A stretch of DNA of 63,659 nt, counting the filler, from Asterionella formosa (lineage: Eukaryota): assembly GCA_002256025.1 (NCBI GenBank). It is 30 parts of 30 records of this genome, joined end to end, with 100 filler letters (N's around TTAATTAATTAA, not from the genome) between each part and the next. Parts side by side here need not be neighbours in the genome. Positions count along the whole stretch, not along the records: positions 1 to 1,010 come from NKIB01005003.1; positions 1,111 to 2,120 come from NKIB01005004.1; positions 2,221 to 3,230 come from NKIB01005005.1; positions 3,331 to 4,340 come from NKIB01005006.1; positions 4,441 to 5,450 come from NKIB01005007.1; positions 5,551 to 6,560 come from NKIB01005008.1; positions 6,661 to 7,670 come from NKIB01005009.1; positions 7,771 to 8,780 come from NKIB01005010.1; 22 more parts are not named here. One strand, given 5' to 3'. The position numbers and the translations under genes are program-made. Below the pieces are notes generated by a model. The model did not search any database and was not told the DNA's origin. It was given only the letters and a program-made list of their open reading frames with translations. The number at the start of each line of letters is the position of its first letter. Position 1 is the stretch's first letter. Positions 1 through 13,399 of this stretch are shown piece by piece.

Positions 1-254
1 ACAACTACGCACAGCCACAAGAACACCCTGCAACGTCTGTCCATCGTAATATTCTAACTTTGAAGAAGTTGGTATGACAAAAGACAACCATGCGTAGCTG
101 TGGTACCTGGTCTGGTAGTATTATAAAATGTTACACTGATATTGTTTCACAAGCGCGCATACCTTGCTAATGCCCTTGAACACAGATGGACTATGATAGG
201 TGTTAGCTATGCCTCTACAAAATAAAGGATAGAGTCACTATAGTAATTCTATCT

Positions 255-1010
255 TTATACAATCTCGATAATAGCTCCTGCTGCAACCAATACTTCCTTG
301 AGTTTTTCCGCTTCCTCCTTCTTAATACCCTTTTGAATCACCTTGGGTGCCCCTTCCACCAACTCCTTTGCTTCTTTCAACCCTAACCCAGTAATAGCCC
401 TAACTTCCTTAATAACCTTAATCTTCGCCTTGGGATCAAACCCTTCCAGCTTGAGATCAAAGATTACCTTTTCCTCTACCTTGGCTACTTCTTCTTCCTT
501 TGCACTAGAAGACTCTCCTGATCCAGCACTATACATAGTATCGTCAATACCAAAATGTTCCCGCAATTTCGAGGTCAGTTCTGTCATTTCCAACATGGTT
601 AGATTCACAATTTCTTCGGCCAAAGCATGCAAATGTGGAGGAGCACCAATATCATTTGGATCGTCCGTAAAGGGAGGCAATGGCACTTCTGGCATGACTT
701 CTCCAGGACCATAGTCTTCTTCAAAAATCTTTTCTTTGGACTCATCAATAACATGATGGAGTGGATTTTGATACTCTGGAATGCTTGGATCTGACAATCC
801 TTTTTTGTGTCGAGCCACATAATCATCTTCTTCTGCTCCTGGCTCACTGGCAAGGGGAAGTGGGACGGCGGCATCAGCTTGTTGGTCTTTATCCAATACA
901 AGTGGACTCACTTGATACCATCGTATCGTTGCTGTTGCAGTATTCATATAATTAGGATAATGCCAATGAAAGGTGGCTCCATTGGAACTCGTACCGGTTC
1001 GGCGAGTTAT
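255..1010 (-). CDS. MRPL12: Mitochondrial ribosomal protein L7/L12 (bL12m), 5'-truncated at contig end
   Basis: C-terminal FDLKLEGFDPKAKIKVIKEVRAITGLGLKEAKELVEGAPKVIQKGIKKEEAEKLKEVLVAAGAIIEI is the L7/L12 CTD, and LAEEIVNLTMLEMTELTSKLREHFGI is the NTD. The frame stays open upstream of the ATG at 947 to the contig edge with an R/T/S-rich presequence. Confidence 0.9.
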   Translation of the reverse strand: MTRRTGTSSNGATFHWHYPNYMNTATATIRWYQVSPLVLDKDQQADAAVPLPLASEPGAEEDDYVARHKKGLSDPSIPEYQNPLHHVIDESKEKIFEEDYGPGEVMPEVPLPPFTDDPNDIGAPPHLHALAEEIVNLTMLEMTELTSKLREHFGIDDTMYSAGSGESSSAKEEEVAKVEEKVIFDLKLEGFDPKAKIKVIKEVRAITGLGLKEAKELVEGAPKVIQKGIKKEEAEKLKEVLVAAGAIIEIV

Positions 1011-1110
1011 NNNNNNNNNNNNNNNNNNNNNNNNNNNNNNNNNNNNNNNNNNNNTTAATTAATTAANNNNNNNNNNNNNNNNNNNNNNNNNNNNNNNNNN
1101 NNNNNNNNNN
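1011..1110. other. Artificial contig linker (N run + TTAATTAATTAA + N run, stops in all six frames); 29 copies across the window
   Basis: The identical 100-bp spacer recurs at 2121, 3231, 4341, 5451, 6561, 7671, 8781, 25142, 41500, 42609 and onward to 62553. The pieces between linkers are almost all about 1007-1010 bp, which points to concatenated contigs. Confidence 0.98.
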
Positions 1111-1269
1111 AATCTACCATATGGTGCAATATCAAATATTGTTGCATCGAAGGCTGCTACGCTGGCTTGGCTAACAAAACCTATGGTGGTCCAGCACCAT
1201 TTGCAGAAGCTAAATCAGGCGGGAAAGGCAACCACTTCACTAGCTACTAGTACAACTACCTGCTACTAT

Positions 1270-2110
1270 GACACTAAATGATTCACAGTTGTTGGAAGGA
1301 CATACATCATTAATTTCTACCCTGACTGCAAATTCAGGTTTAAATATGCAACTCACGAAATGCAAGAGAGACTTACTCACCCAAAGGAAAGGCGCTGTGC
1401 TGCATTTGCTGTTGAAAAGAAGGATGACATGGTTGATCTGGTGTCGAAAGCTTAGGATGAATCCTTTGACCAGCCATATTGTTGCTATAAACAAAAAAGC
1501 TGTTGCTGAATGAGGTTGGGGTCCATTGAAATACAACCTTTTGCTTCATCCGGAAAGTCAACTGGTGACAGTACCTTGAATCTGTAAACAGAAGCAAACA
1601 ATAATCAACCAGTCTGTTTCATTTCCCCATCCTGACTAAACTTGAGCCAAGGCATCATTGGAACCCTTGTTGATCAGGTCGTACAGTAGTATTGCAATCA
1701 TGAGGATGCTAGAAACGGAATAAATCTGGACAAACTTGCCCACCAACAAAAAAACAGCACTAGGGGCGATTGCAAGAAATAAACAATACACAGCCGGTCT
1801 TCATGTCGCTGCATGCAGGTACTTGTTGGGGGGTCCTGAAGTGGTCGATGACCAGCTGAAAAGGAAGAGGCATGCGGAAGAAGTGCAGAGTGAGCGAGAG
1901 AATGAGACAACAGATGCACATATAGCACTTGCAAACAAGGTTAATGCGATCAGAACTCAAAACAAAGAGCCCACGCGCAGAGTGGATAGTTGCGCAAACT
2001 AAAACAATGGCAACATGGTACAAGCACGCAGGGGATCTTCCATTACGAAGAACGAAAGCAACTTCTACTTTCCAGATACCATGACACCATGACGCATGGC
2101 AACACTGCAG
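1270..2110 (+). pseudogene. Degenerate DDE transposase, pogo/DDE_1-like, C-terminal part
   Basis: Frameshifted pieces MQLTKCKRDLLTQ, NKKAVAE*GWGPLKYNLLLHPE, YTAGLHVAACRYLLGGPEV, KVNAIRTQNKEP and LKTMATWYK resemble diatom pogo-like transposases as I recall them. Stops and frameshifts are present. Confidence 0.5.
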
Positions 2111-2220
2111 TTCCAGTTGCNNNNNNNNNNNNNNNNNNNNNNNNNNNNNNNNNNNNNNNNNNNNTTAATTAATTAANNNNNNNNNNNNNNNNNNNNNNNN
2201 NNNNNNNNNNNNNNNNNNNN

Positions 2221-3230
2221 GATAGGGACGTTGACAAGAGTGGGAAAGCAAACTCTGACATCGCAGCTTACGAAACGACTGTTTCAACACTATACGAAAT
2301 GCTTGGTTATGGTATTCCTGCAGAAGAATTGTCTAGATTTGCAACTCAGGTTAGCGACAAGCGCGGCTGGTTCTCTACTGAACGAGGGCATTCACTTTTG
2401 ATACTTGCAAGGCGTTTGAGCGTGAAGAGAGAAAATGGAGACGACGGAACAGGCAATGCAGGCGATCTAGATATGATTAGATCTGCTACGACGGTGCAAA
2501 GCTCACAACTCGGATTTGTAATCGATGCTTCGGCTACCAAAGACCGAGGCGCTCAAGGTATCGAGGATCCTAGCAAGTTCACTTGGAGTGAGATTGGATG
2601 GTGTCATCCTGCTGCGTTGACCGCTAACCGCCCATCTCTATATTCAAGCGAAGAAAGTGGTGGAGGTATTTCGTCACGACTAGGATCACCGAGCCTTTTG
2701 AATATGATAGGAACTGACAAGCAGTTCGCGAGTGAAGAAAAGAAAAAGCTCGACGAATCCAAGTATTTGAAGCGATCAGCGGTAACGTCGCTTGCGTCGT
2801 TTGGCTCGTCTATCGTAGCTAGCGGTGGTCTTGATGGATCTGTCTTCGTTGCCCATACAATCTTGTTTTCTTCAGAGAAAAAAGGCAAAGTGAAAGAAGA
2901 CGTTGTCCGCGGAGTGCGTCTTGATTGGGGTAGCTCCGGTAGTCGCAGCACTGTCGTTGGAGCTGGTTCGTCAGATGGAGAATATGGTGTTGGTGCTGTG
3001 AGCTGTCTCGCTGCTGCGAAGGGTGCTGGCTACCGAAGTGCTTCCCTCAGTATTGCAGGCACTCTTTCGTCCAAGGATGTTGTCAGCAGCAAACCAGACG
3101 ACGACGATCTCCTGTCCGCAATGGAGGGCTGTCGTGTCATCGCCGGTACCACGGGTGGTGATCTTCGCGTCTGGTCTGTAAAGGACGTCTACGCAGCGAC
3201 GGTGGTTGCCAGAAAAGGAAGCGAAGCTTT
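2221..3230 (+). CDS. Internal fragment of a large WD40-repeat protein, possibly DENN/WD40 type
   Basis: Long uninterrupted ORF running into the contig end. WD-like strands SAVTSLASFGSSIVASGGLDGSVFVAH and CRVIAGTTGGDLRVWSVKD. Confidence 0.65.
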
Positions 3231-3330
3231 NNNNNNNNNNNNNNNNNNNNNNNNNNNNNNNNNNNNNNNNNNNNTTAATTAATTAANNNNNNNNNNNNNN
3301 NNNNNNNNNNNNNNNNNNNNNNNNNNNNNN

Positions 3331-4340
3331 CGACAATCACATAATTATTTTTAAACTCACCATTTTGATTATTCCATTTGTTCTTTCCTTTGTTCGTTTT
3401 CTTTGCTTCAACTTTCGTCCAATCGTTTTCGTTGTAGTCGTCGATCGATTGTTGTGTAGTGTTCTCTTGTAGTTGCTCGATTTCCATCACCGTTTGCTTG
3501 ATGATCGGATTACCTTCGACATGATACATTGCTCCGAGTTTTCGACTTTTGTCTCTTTTGCAGGTTAGAAAACCGCTCTTGTTTCGTATCGTCATCCTAT
3601 CGTCCTCGAAGATCACTTGATTACCCTTGTCGATCATTCTAGAGACACTGATGATGTTCTGCTTGAACTCCGGTGCATAAAGCACATCGGTGAGTTTCAA
3701 GCATTTTCCTTCGTCCGTAGTCGTCAGGGTCACGGTACCAGAGACAGTTGATACTATCTCAGTTCCATTCCCTACCACGACCGTTTCACTCACTTGTTTC
3801 TTGTCTTCCATCATGCGCACGTCTGTGCAGATGTGAACAGTAGCACCGCTGTCTAACAACCAGCGATTTCTGACGTCACGAGCGAGGTTGACTTCCTCGT
3901 TGTAACTAATTTCGACGCACGTGCTGACGAACATTCCTTGCTGGGTAGATGTAGTCGTGTTGTTCTCTTCGTTTCTATTATTCTTAGATGCACTGTTACT
4001 AGTGCACTCTCTTGCGTAGTGTCCCATGCGTTGGCACTTGAAACACTTGATCGTTTTCCTCTTTTCTTTCTGCTCAGGAGTGAGCTCCTTCTTGTCGGCA
4101 CTATTGCCCTTGCTGCGACATTCAGCCGCCCTGTGGCCATACTTGCCACACTTACGACAGTCACCTTTGAACTTCCCTTTCATGTAGAAGGCCTGTTCAC
4201 TCTTGTTCTTGTTAGTCGTTTTGACGTCATCCCGGACATATAGATCGTAGTAGTCCCGGATGTCTGTCTTAATCTCTTCGACCGTTAGCGTGTTGCGCGC
4301 CAGGCCGAACCTTCCTACTACCAAACTCTTGTAGCTTTCA
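3331..4340 (-). mobile_element. Ty1/copia (CoDi-type) gag-protease fragment
   Basis: Two CCHC zinc knuckles (CRKCGKYGHRAAEC, CFKCQRMGHYAREC), the copia protease motif WLLDSGATVHIC, and the LTDVLYAPEFKQNIISV Pol segment. The ORF is intact and truncated only by the contig ends. Confidence 0.93.
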
Positions 4341-4440
4341 NNNNNNNNNNNNNNNNNNNNNNNNNNNNNNNNNNNNNNNNNNNNTTAATTAATTAANNNN
4401 NNNNNNNNNNNNNNNNNNNNNNNNNNNNNNNNNNNNNNNN

Positions 4441-5450
4441 CACAAGCTCAATCATGACCATGCCAAATGAGTAAACATCACATGATGCTTCAAATGTCTT
4501 TCTCCCATGAGAATACCATGGACATATGTAGCCAGGTGTCCCAAAGATTGCACTACCTGATGTGTTTCGAACTGAAAAAGGAATTCCACTGATTGAACTG
4601 GAGTCATTCACAGGCACAAACTTGGCTAGACCACAATCAATCAGTTTGGCAGTATAGTTTCGTTCAAGACAGATATTAGCTGACTTTATGTCGCGATGAA
4701 ACAGAATGTGGTTGTCCTTTGTATCAGTATGAAGGCAGTGGATGGCACGAATAATGTCAAACATGATTTGAAGTTGTCTCTCACTTGAGAGACTTGATCT
4801 GCTTTCTTCAGTCTTATAGAATGTATTAAGCGAACCCTTGGCTGTAAACTCATACACCAAGTATTGATCAGATGAACCAGGGGACAAATGATAGCCATAC
4901 AAAGTTACAATATGGGGGTGTCGGAACCTCCTTAATGCCTGAAATAGTAAAAGAGAAGAATGAGAAACATAAAGAATTGAAATGACAACCAATAGATGAT
5001 ACCACACATGAGCTCACCTCCAATTCAATTTTGAAAGTTTTGTTAACTTCCTGCACTAAATCGTTCTCAACAGCGATATTGAAAAGAATGCGTTTAACAG
5101 CAAAATACTGATTGTCATCCTTGCCTTTGTAGACAGCACCAAAACCGCCTTCACCAAGTTTGAAGGCATCATCAAAGTTGTTTGTACAATAAGTAATGAA
5201 TTCCACAGGAAGCTCGATTGGTCTTGAATTCACATTTTCCATGGCCTCCTTCATTTTCGACCGGCCTATGGAAATTGGATCAGTGGAATTGTTACTGCTT
5301 GGTGTTGGAGTTGTTGAAGAAGAAGGATGTGCTGCATTTGTTGTTGTTTTTGATGATGTTGGCTGAGTTGTGTTGGCTGCTGTTGGTTTGCGGTTCTTGT
5401 TTCCATCAACCAGTTTTTGAATATCAGTTAGTAAATTATTACCAATTGAA
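4441..5450 (-). CDS. IRAK/Pelle (RLK-like) Ser/Thr kinase, copy A; partial, 79-bp intron 4939-5017
   Basis: Motifs TNNFDDAFKLGEGGFGAVYKG, FAVKR, HRDIKSANI, DCGLAK, GTPGY and DVYSFG. A GTGAGC...TTTCAG intron joins ELE|ALRRFRHPHIV in frame. The frame is open upstream through an S/T/P-rich linker to the contig edge. Confidence 0.9.
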
Positions 5451-5550
5451 NNNNNNNNNNNNNNNNNNNNNNNNNNNNNNNNNNNNNNNNNNNNTTAATT
5501 AATTAANNNNNNNNNNNNNNNNNNNNNNNNNNNNNNNNNNNNNNNNNNNN

Positions 5551-6560
5551 CACAAGCTCAATCATGACCATGCCAAATGAGTAAACATCACATGATGCTT
5601 CAAATGTCTTTCTCCCATGAGAATACCATGGACATATGTAGCCAGGTGTCCCAAAGATTGCACTACCTGATGTGTTTTGAACTGAAAAAGGAATTCCACT
5701 GATTGAACTGGAGTCATTCACAGGCACAAACTTGGCTAGACCACAATCAATCAGTTTGGCAGTATAGTTTCGTTCAAGACAGATATTTGCTGACTTTATG
5801 TCGCGATGAAACAGAATGTGGTTGTCCTTTGTATCAGTATGAAGGCAGTGGATGGCACGAATTATGTCAAACATGATTTGAAGTTGTCTCTCACTCGAGA
5901 GACTTGATCTGCTTTCTTCAGTCTTATAGAATGTATTAAGCGAACCCTTGGCTGTAAACTCATACACCAAGTATTGATCAGATGAACCAGGGGACAAATG
6001 ATAGCCATACAAAGTTGCAATATGAGGGTGTCGGAACCTCATTAATGCCTGAAATAGTAAAAGAGATGAATGAGAAACATAAAGAATTGAAACAACATCC
6101 AATAGATGATACCACACATGAGCTCACCTCCAATTCAATTATGAAAGTTTTGCTAACTTCCTTCACCTTATCTTGTGCAACAGCGATATTGAAAAGAATG
6201 CGTTTAACAGCAAAATAACGATTGTCATCCTTGCCTTTGTAGACAGCACCAAAGCCGCCTTCACCAAGTTTGAAGGCATCATCAAAGTTGTTTGTACAAT
6301 AAGTAATGAATTCCACAGGAAGCTCGATTGGTCTTGAATTCACATTTTCCATGGCCTCCTTCATTTTCGACCGGCCTATGGAAATTGGATCAGTGGGATT
6401 GTTACTGCTTGGTGTTGGAGTTGTTGGGGAAGGAGGATGTGCTGCATTTGTTGTTGTTTTTGATGATGTTGGCTGAGTTGTGTTGGCTGCTGTTGGTTTG
6501 CGGTTCTTGTTTCCATCAACCAGTTTTTGAATATCATTTAGTAAATTATTACCAATTGAA
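5551..6560 (-). CDS. IRAK/Pelle (RLK-like) Ser/Thr kinase, copy B (allele or recent paralog); intron 6049-6127
   Basis: About 97% identical to 4441-5450, with exactly the same contig boundaries and the same intron. Confidence 0.9.
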
Positions 6561-6660
6561 NNNNNNNNNNNNNNNNNNNNNNNNNNNNNNNNNNNNNNNN
6601 NNNNTTAATTAATTAANNNNNNNNNNNNNNNNNNNNNNNNNNNNNNNNNNNNNNNNNNNN

Positions 6661-7670
6661 GTAATATTCCATTGTGTGGATGCAAGAACAATTGTGATTC
6701 AAATGAAGACTGCCTGGATGTGTCAACTTTGTCAGCACCATTGTGTTCATTGTTTATCATCATTTCATTCCTCATTCCATTCAACTGGTCCTTAATTCCC
6801 TCTAGGTTTGATCCAACAACCTTCTGAATTAACTGAACCATTCGAGACTCCGACAATACACCTCCAAATGTCCGATCATCAAGCATTTTTTCGAATTCCT
6901 TTAGCAGTGATGGTCCAAGTGCCTGTAGTTCGCCTCTCATGCTCCTGATGGCTGCAAGATGGGCAACATGAGGAGGTATACCTGTTAACTTCACAGCAAA
7001 TGAGGATTCTTCCTCACATGAAAGATATCGAACAACAATATGTTCATCAACTGCCAAAAACTCCCTTGATGTGTAGATAGCAGTCTTACTCACTGCCGAC
7101 TTGTCAGTACAAAGTTGTTGGAGATGTTTTCTGTGGTGCAGGATACATGCTAGTCCAACACAAAGAAATGGAAGCACCATAACTTGCCGGTGAATCACAT
7201 CACCAAACAGGGAACGTAAAGCCAGAATCACTTTTCCATCAAGCTCTGTTTGCTTTACTCGTGCATTTGCATCATTGGGGTTTCGAATCCAAAAGTTTGG
7301 TTCTGAAACCGCAAAACGAGCAGATAGCACCGTCAATCCAGCCAATATTCGACCAACATAGTGGTCACCTGCCTTTTCATAAAGCATATAGACATCTCGC
7401 ACAATGCCTAATGTCCAACCACCTCGATTGTTGATTGCTACACTTGATGGACTTGCTGTAGAGCCACTCGATGCATATGTTGTTGCACCCTTCCTGATGC
7501 TGTGAGTACCAATATCCTCCACCTCATATCCATCTAGATCGCCTTCATGTCCATGTAGCAACCTCTTGATAATTTTTCTGAATCGATCTTCCTGCTCTGC
7601 ACCAGGAAACAATAGACCATCTGTATCTTGTAGAATTTCCGGAAAGCATGTCATGTACTCAAACAATGCA
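6661..7670 (-). mobile_element. Crypton-like (stramenopile CryptonS-type) tyrosine-recombinase ORF, partial
   Basis: LFPGAEQEDRF...DIGTHSIRKGATTY (HxxR box), RGGWTLGIVRDVY (W and catalytic Y) and AGDHYVGRILAGL match the oomycete/diatom Crypton recombinase pattern. No stops over about 1 kb. Confidence 0.75.
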
Positions 7671-8188
7671 NNNNNNNNNNNNNNNNNNNNNNNNNNNNNN
7701 NNNNNNNNNNNNNNTTAATTAATTAANNNNNNNNNNNNNNNNNNNNNNNNNNNNNNNNNNNNNNNNNNNNTTTGTTTTGATGCCGATGACTATGATAATG
7801 GTTTATTCCTTGATAGTTTAGTAGATCATGATGCTGCTGCTATTAATGGTCCAATCATTCAGAACGGAGAAATAAACGACATTATAAACCCTACCAACTT
7901 CCGATTTTGCGCACAAAGTATATCCGTTTCGTCCACTTCAGCATGACAATCTCGCCAATCAACCCGTAAACAGACACATTCTACCGGTACTTGTTCTCGT
8001 TGACATTTTCAATTCTCACATGATACTACATCTACTATTGAGATTCAGCATAGAAGGAGATACGAAAATGTGCGTAACAGACTGCTGTCCACATAGCTAT
8101 AGTTATAGAATGATTCTGATTAGAACGCATTTCATTTTCATATCGCTCGCTCGTTTCTGCATTTGGCATACTGTACTTGAATTAAGTA

Positions 8189-8637
8189 TTGAACTTGTCC
8201 GCATCTTTGATACCAACAAGCAAGAGAGCGAAAGCAAGTGGCTCTTTTCATTTTTGTTTGCTCGTAGGAAGAATTTGATATCAGTATCGTCATTTGCTTG
8301 TTGGAATTGTCCGTTGCCTCAAACTTGCTTGGCGTGTGCGTGCACACACTGTCGACTTGTTTTCAATGGTATGTTGTTCTTGTATTCACTGTTGAACTTG
8401 CTTGTCCGCATCTTTGTTACCATCAATAGAGCGACAAGTGGGTCTCTTCATTGTTGTTTGCTCCTGGAAAAGTCGGTGTCCGTGTCCGTGTCTGCGTCAT
8501 CCTCATCAATAGAGAGACAAGTTCTTTCGTTGGAAAAATTGGTACCGTATCATCATTCGCTCGTTCGAACCACTGTCTGTTGCCTCAAACCTGATTAGCG
8601 TTTGAGTACCGGTACCCGGTATGTGCACTGTCGACTT
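8189..8637 (+). repeat. Imperfect direct duplication (about 8189-8360 and 8392-8637)
   Basis: Both units contain CTTGTCCGCATCTTTG, CAAGTGG, TTGTTTGCTC, GTTGCCTCAAAC and CACTGTCGACTT in the same order. Confidence 0.6.
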
Positions 8638-9386
8638 TAGTACATTACAGGCGGAGTGACTTCGCTACTAAATTGCGTGATATAATAATATACCCTGTAG
8701 CACGATGCAGAATACAGTTGCTTCCCAATCATCTCATCATGATTGATAAGATGATACTGTGATATCATGATAAGGTTACANNNNNNNNNNNNNNNNNNNN
8801 NNNNNNNNNNNNNNNNNNNNNNNNTTAATTAATTAANNNNNNNNNNNNNNNNNNNNNNNNNNNNNNNNNNNNNNNNNNNNATATAGTTCTTGGCAATCAA
8901 TGCTGTTCAAATTCTCACAGCATTTCAATACGGGATTTTGGCTGGAATATTATTCAAGATTGATTAGTTCGACTGAACTAATATGCACGCAGTACTAAAT
9001 CTTGACAACATTATACTTTGCTACTCCGACTATAATGAGCCGGACAACATAAGCTATTTGGGAAGACCGATAGTTTGAAATGAATGATCATGGTTAAATA
9101 CCTATGATCAGTAAGTGTGAGATAGACATGGGTCTATCTATGATTGTATGTTCCTAGAAATGCAAACAGCATTTGGAGAATAGTTCGTTTGTTTTGTTCA
9201 AACAGAACAACCTAAACTAGATTAGTAAACTCACAATAAGAATATAGAAACGGAAAGAGAAACGAACGTCTCTATCTATAGTCTTCTTTGTCTAACGATA
9301 TAGATCTATACAAAAGGTAATACTTTAACACCGGTACATAGACTCGTGAGTCCGACGAAGCAAATTGATTGACCTCAGCGGCATAA

Positions 9387-11564
<2,178 letters not shown>

Positions 11565-11782
11565 TCGTTTGATATTGATTGTAGCCTTAATGCCTAAGCA
11601 CGTTAAAAGTGGAAATGACTTGAAACCAAGAAAACAACTAATTTGTGAACTTCCATCGCCAATCGGGCCATTTTTCAGCTTAGGGAAACGTTCCAATCCA
11701 CACATGTCTACATTGTAAACAGAGAAAATAACGATATAATAACACGCGTCAAGTTCATTCAATAGTACCTAGAGTAAGAACT

Positions 11783-11992
11783 TTAGATTGTCTTTCGCTG
11801 AAGGCCAGGTGGCAAAGATTGGGTCAGCTTATCTGCCTTTTCGGAATCAGTGACAACCAGCGTGTACAAAAGACGAGAGCATCGGATCTTGAACTTTGTT
11901 TGAGTATCACGCTTGCGAATCTTTACAAGCTTGGCGTCAGCTCTGCGCGCCTTTTGGAGGAAATCACGGATATCAGTAATTTGCTTTGGCAT
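11783..11992 (-). CDS. RPL38: 60S ribosomal protein L38 (eL38)
   Basis: [21 protein letters not shown]...[33 protein letters not shown], 69 aa. A probable 5'-UTR intron lies at about 12010-12275 (AAG|GTGTGT ... TTCGCAG). Confidence 0.97.
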   Translation of the reverse strand: MPKQITDIRDFLQKARRADAKLVKIRKRDTQTKFKIRCSRLLYTLVVTDSEKADKLTQSLPPGLQRKTI

Positions 11993-12057
11993 GATTGAGT
12001 ATTCTGTGGCTGCGAAGAGGAGAGGTATTCAATAGGGTGTAAGTATCAGATTGGAAA

Positions 12058-12228
12058 GAATGTAGGAGAATAAACGCCTTTGCGCCATCTGCTTCATGGG
12101 CACGGCGCCAATAAGGGACGACCACTCCCAAAATGTAAATGTGCCAAGCCACTCATTGTATTTCTGTATCAATTTCACTCTTGTCGCTGTCTAATATTTC
12201 ATCCATCTAAACAACTCTAACATGGCAT
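12058..12228 (-). ncRNA. Candidate intronic box H/ACA snoRNA in the putative RPL38 5'-UTR intron
   Basis: On the minus strand, a 5' stem (UGCCA..UGGCA) is followed by ACAUUUACA. A 3' hairpin (GGGAGUGG/UUAUUCUC, GCGCC/GGCGC) is followed by ACA. The H box is non-canonical. Confidence 0.35.
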
Positions 12229-12903
12229 TAATCTCCTTTCAATTCGCGGTACATCGCCACCATCGTTGCACACACCTTGCTTTCTTGAAAGAAGTGGATG
12301 AAACGCATCTGAAGTAACCGAGAAGGAGTAAACAGACAGAATCGGTTGAAGGTACAGACGCTAGCTATCAACCAAACCGCGGACTAAGACGACCACATGC
12401 AGGAGTTTTACATGAAATTTTACAAGAGAAGCAAAGGAAACAACTATAATAAGATATACGCTGGAAGGTCCGCTAATTGGCGCATTGCGCGCACTTTAAA
12501 CTAAAAATACCTCATAGCGGTTTCAACCTGTACTTCATTGGTATTCTGACTGGTTCACCAATTCCAAAATGATGAAATGTTTCAAAATATTTCCATGTAT
12601 TTACATAACCTGTAACCATTACAAAGTTTCCAATTGAAAAGTGCTGCCACCTTTCATACCGATTACCAACTTCAACTTGCTGACTTTGGACTAGATTTTG
12701 CTAGCTGCTTGACGAGATTTGCTGAAAATTTGAAAGAATATTTGCTGACTGCTGACCTCATTTACTGATAATGACGAAACTCATGATTTTACCTGTCGTC
12801 GTCTCTGTAATCACTGTCCAAGCATCAACGGAAAACCAAACTCTTGTATTCGCCTTTCCGTTCAAAACAAGTTCCTGTGGTACAAGAAATTGAAAGATAA
12901 CTA

Positions 12904-13209
12904 TTTCTACCTTCTGTACAAATAGATGAGAAAACTTGAGCAATAGAAATCCCGGAGAAGGCGCAACATCTCAAAAAACAAGAAAATACCTCAATGTATA
13001 GTTTTGTACTGAGTGTCATTTACACACTACTACTTGTTGTGGTTCATATATTTATGGAATCTTGGTTAGGCCTTTTTGCCTTTGAATACGGAAATTCACT
13101 TCTTGTTCTTTACGCGACTAGAAAATTCGCATTATTTTAAAGTCATTAATTCCCCTGACTGACGGTTTGTGTATTCTTGGACACTTCTGTGCAAAAATTG
13201 TATTCTTTC
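12904..13209. repeat. Dispersed repeat, probably a TE remnant; second copy at about 50607-50932
   Basis: Shared blocks AAATAGATGAGAAA, CAACATCTCAA, CTTGTTCTTTACGCGA, TCCCCTGA..GGTTTGTGTATT and AAAATTGTATT in both contigs. Confidence 0.75.
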
Positions 13210-13399
13210 AACAAAAGAAGCGTTTCTATTGGTCTAGATTATGGTTCGTGCTGGCAACATAATGTCTTTGGTTAAATTAGTGTGCACATAATTACAATAC
13301 ATTTTCAGTGCTATCTTCATGTAGACAAATACAAGCAACCATCAGTGTGTCAGTTCAGTATTGACACATAAAAATATAAATAATTTATTCAACATCTTC

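Noticed and set aside
1011..1110. Regularly spaced TTAATTAATTAA motif every 1.1 kb or so, and ORFs ending in X runs
   Set aside because: It is an artificial linker inside N runs; the periodicity reflects similarly sized contigs, not biology.
4441..6560. Tandem duplication of the kinase gene
   Set aside because: The copies are on separate contigs with identical ends, typical of an assembly bubble. Physical adjacency cannot be inferred.
3331..7670. A copia + kinase + recombinase 'island'
   Set aside because: These are four unlinked contigs that are neighbours only through concatenation.
8020..8598. 192-aa ORF
   Set aside because: It has C/L/F-rich non-protein-like composition and overlies an imperfect duplication, so it is probably spurious.
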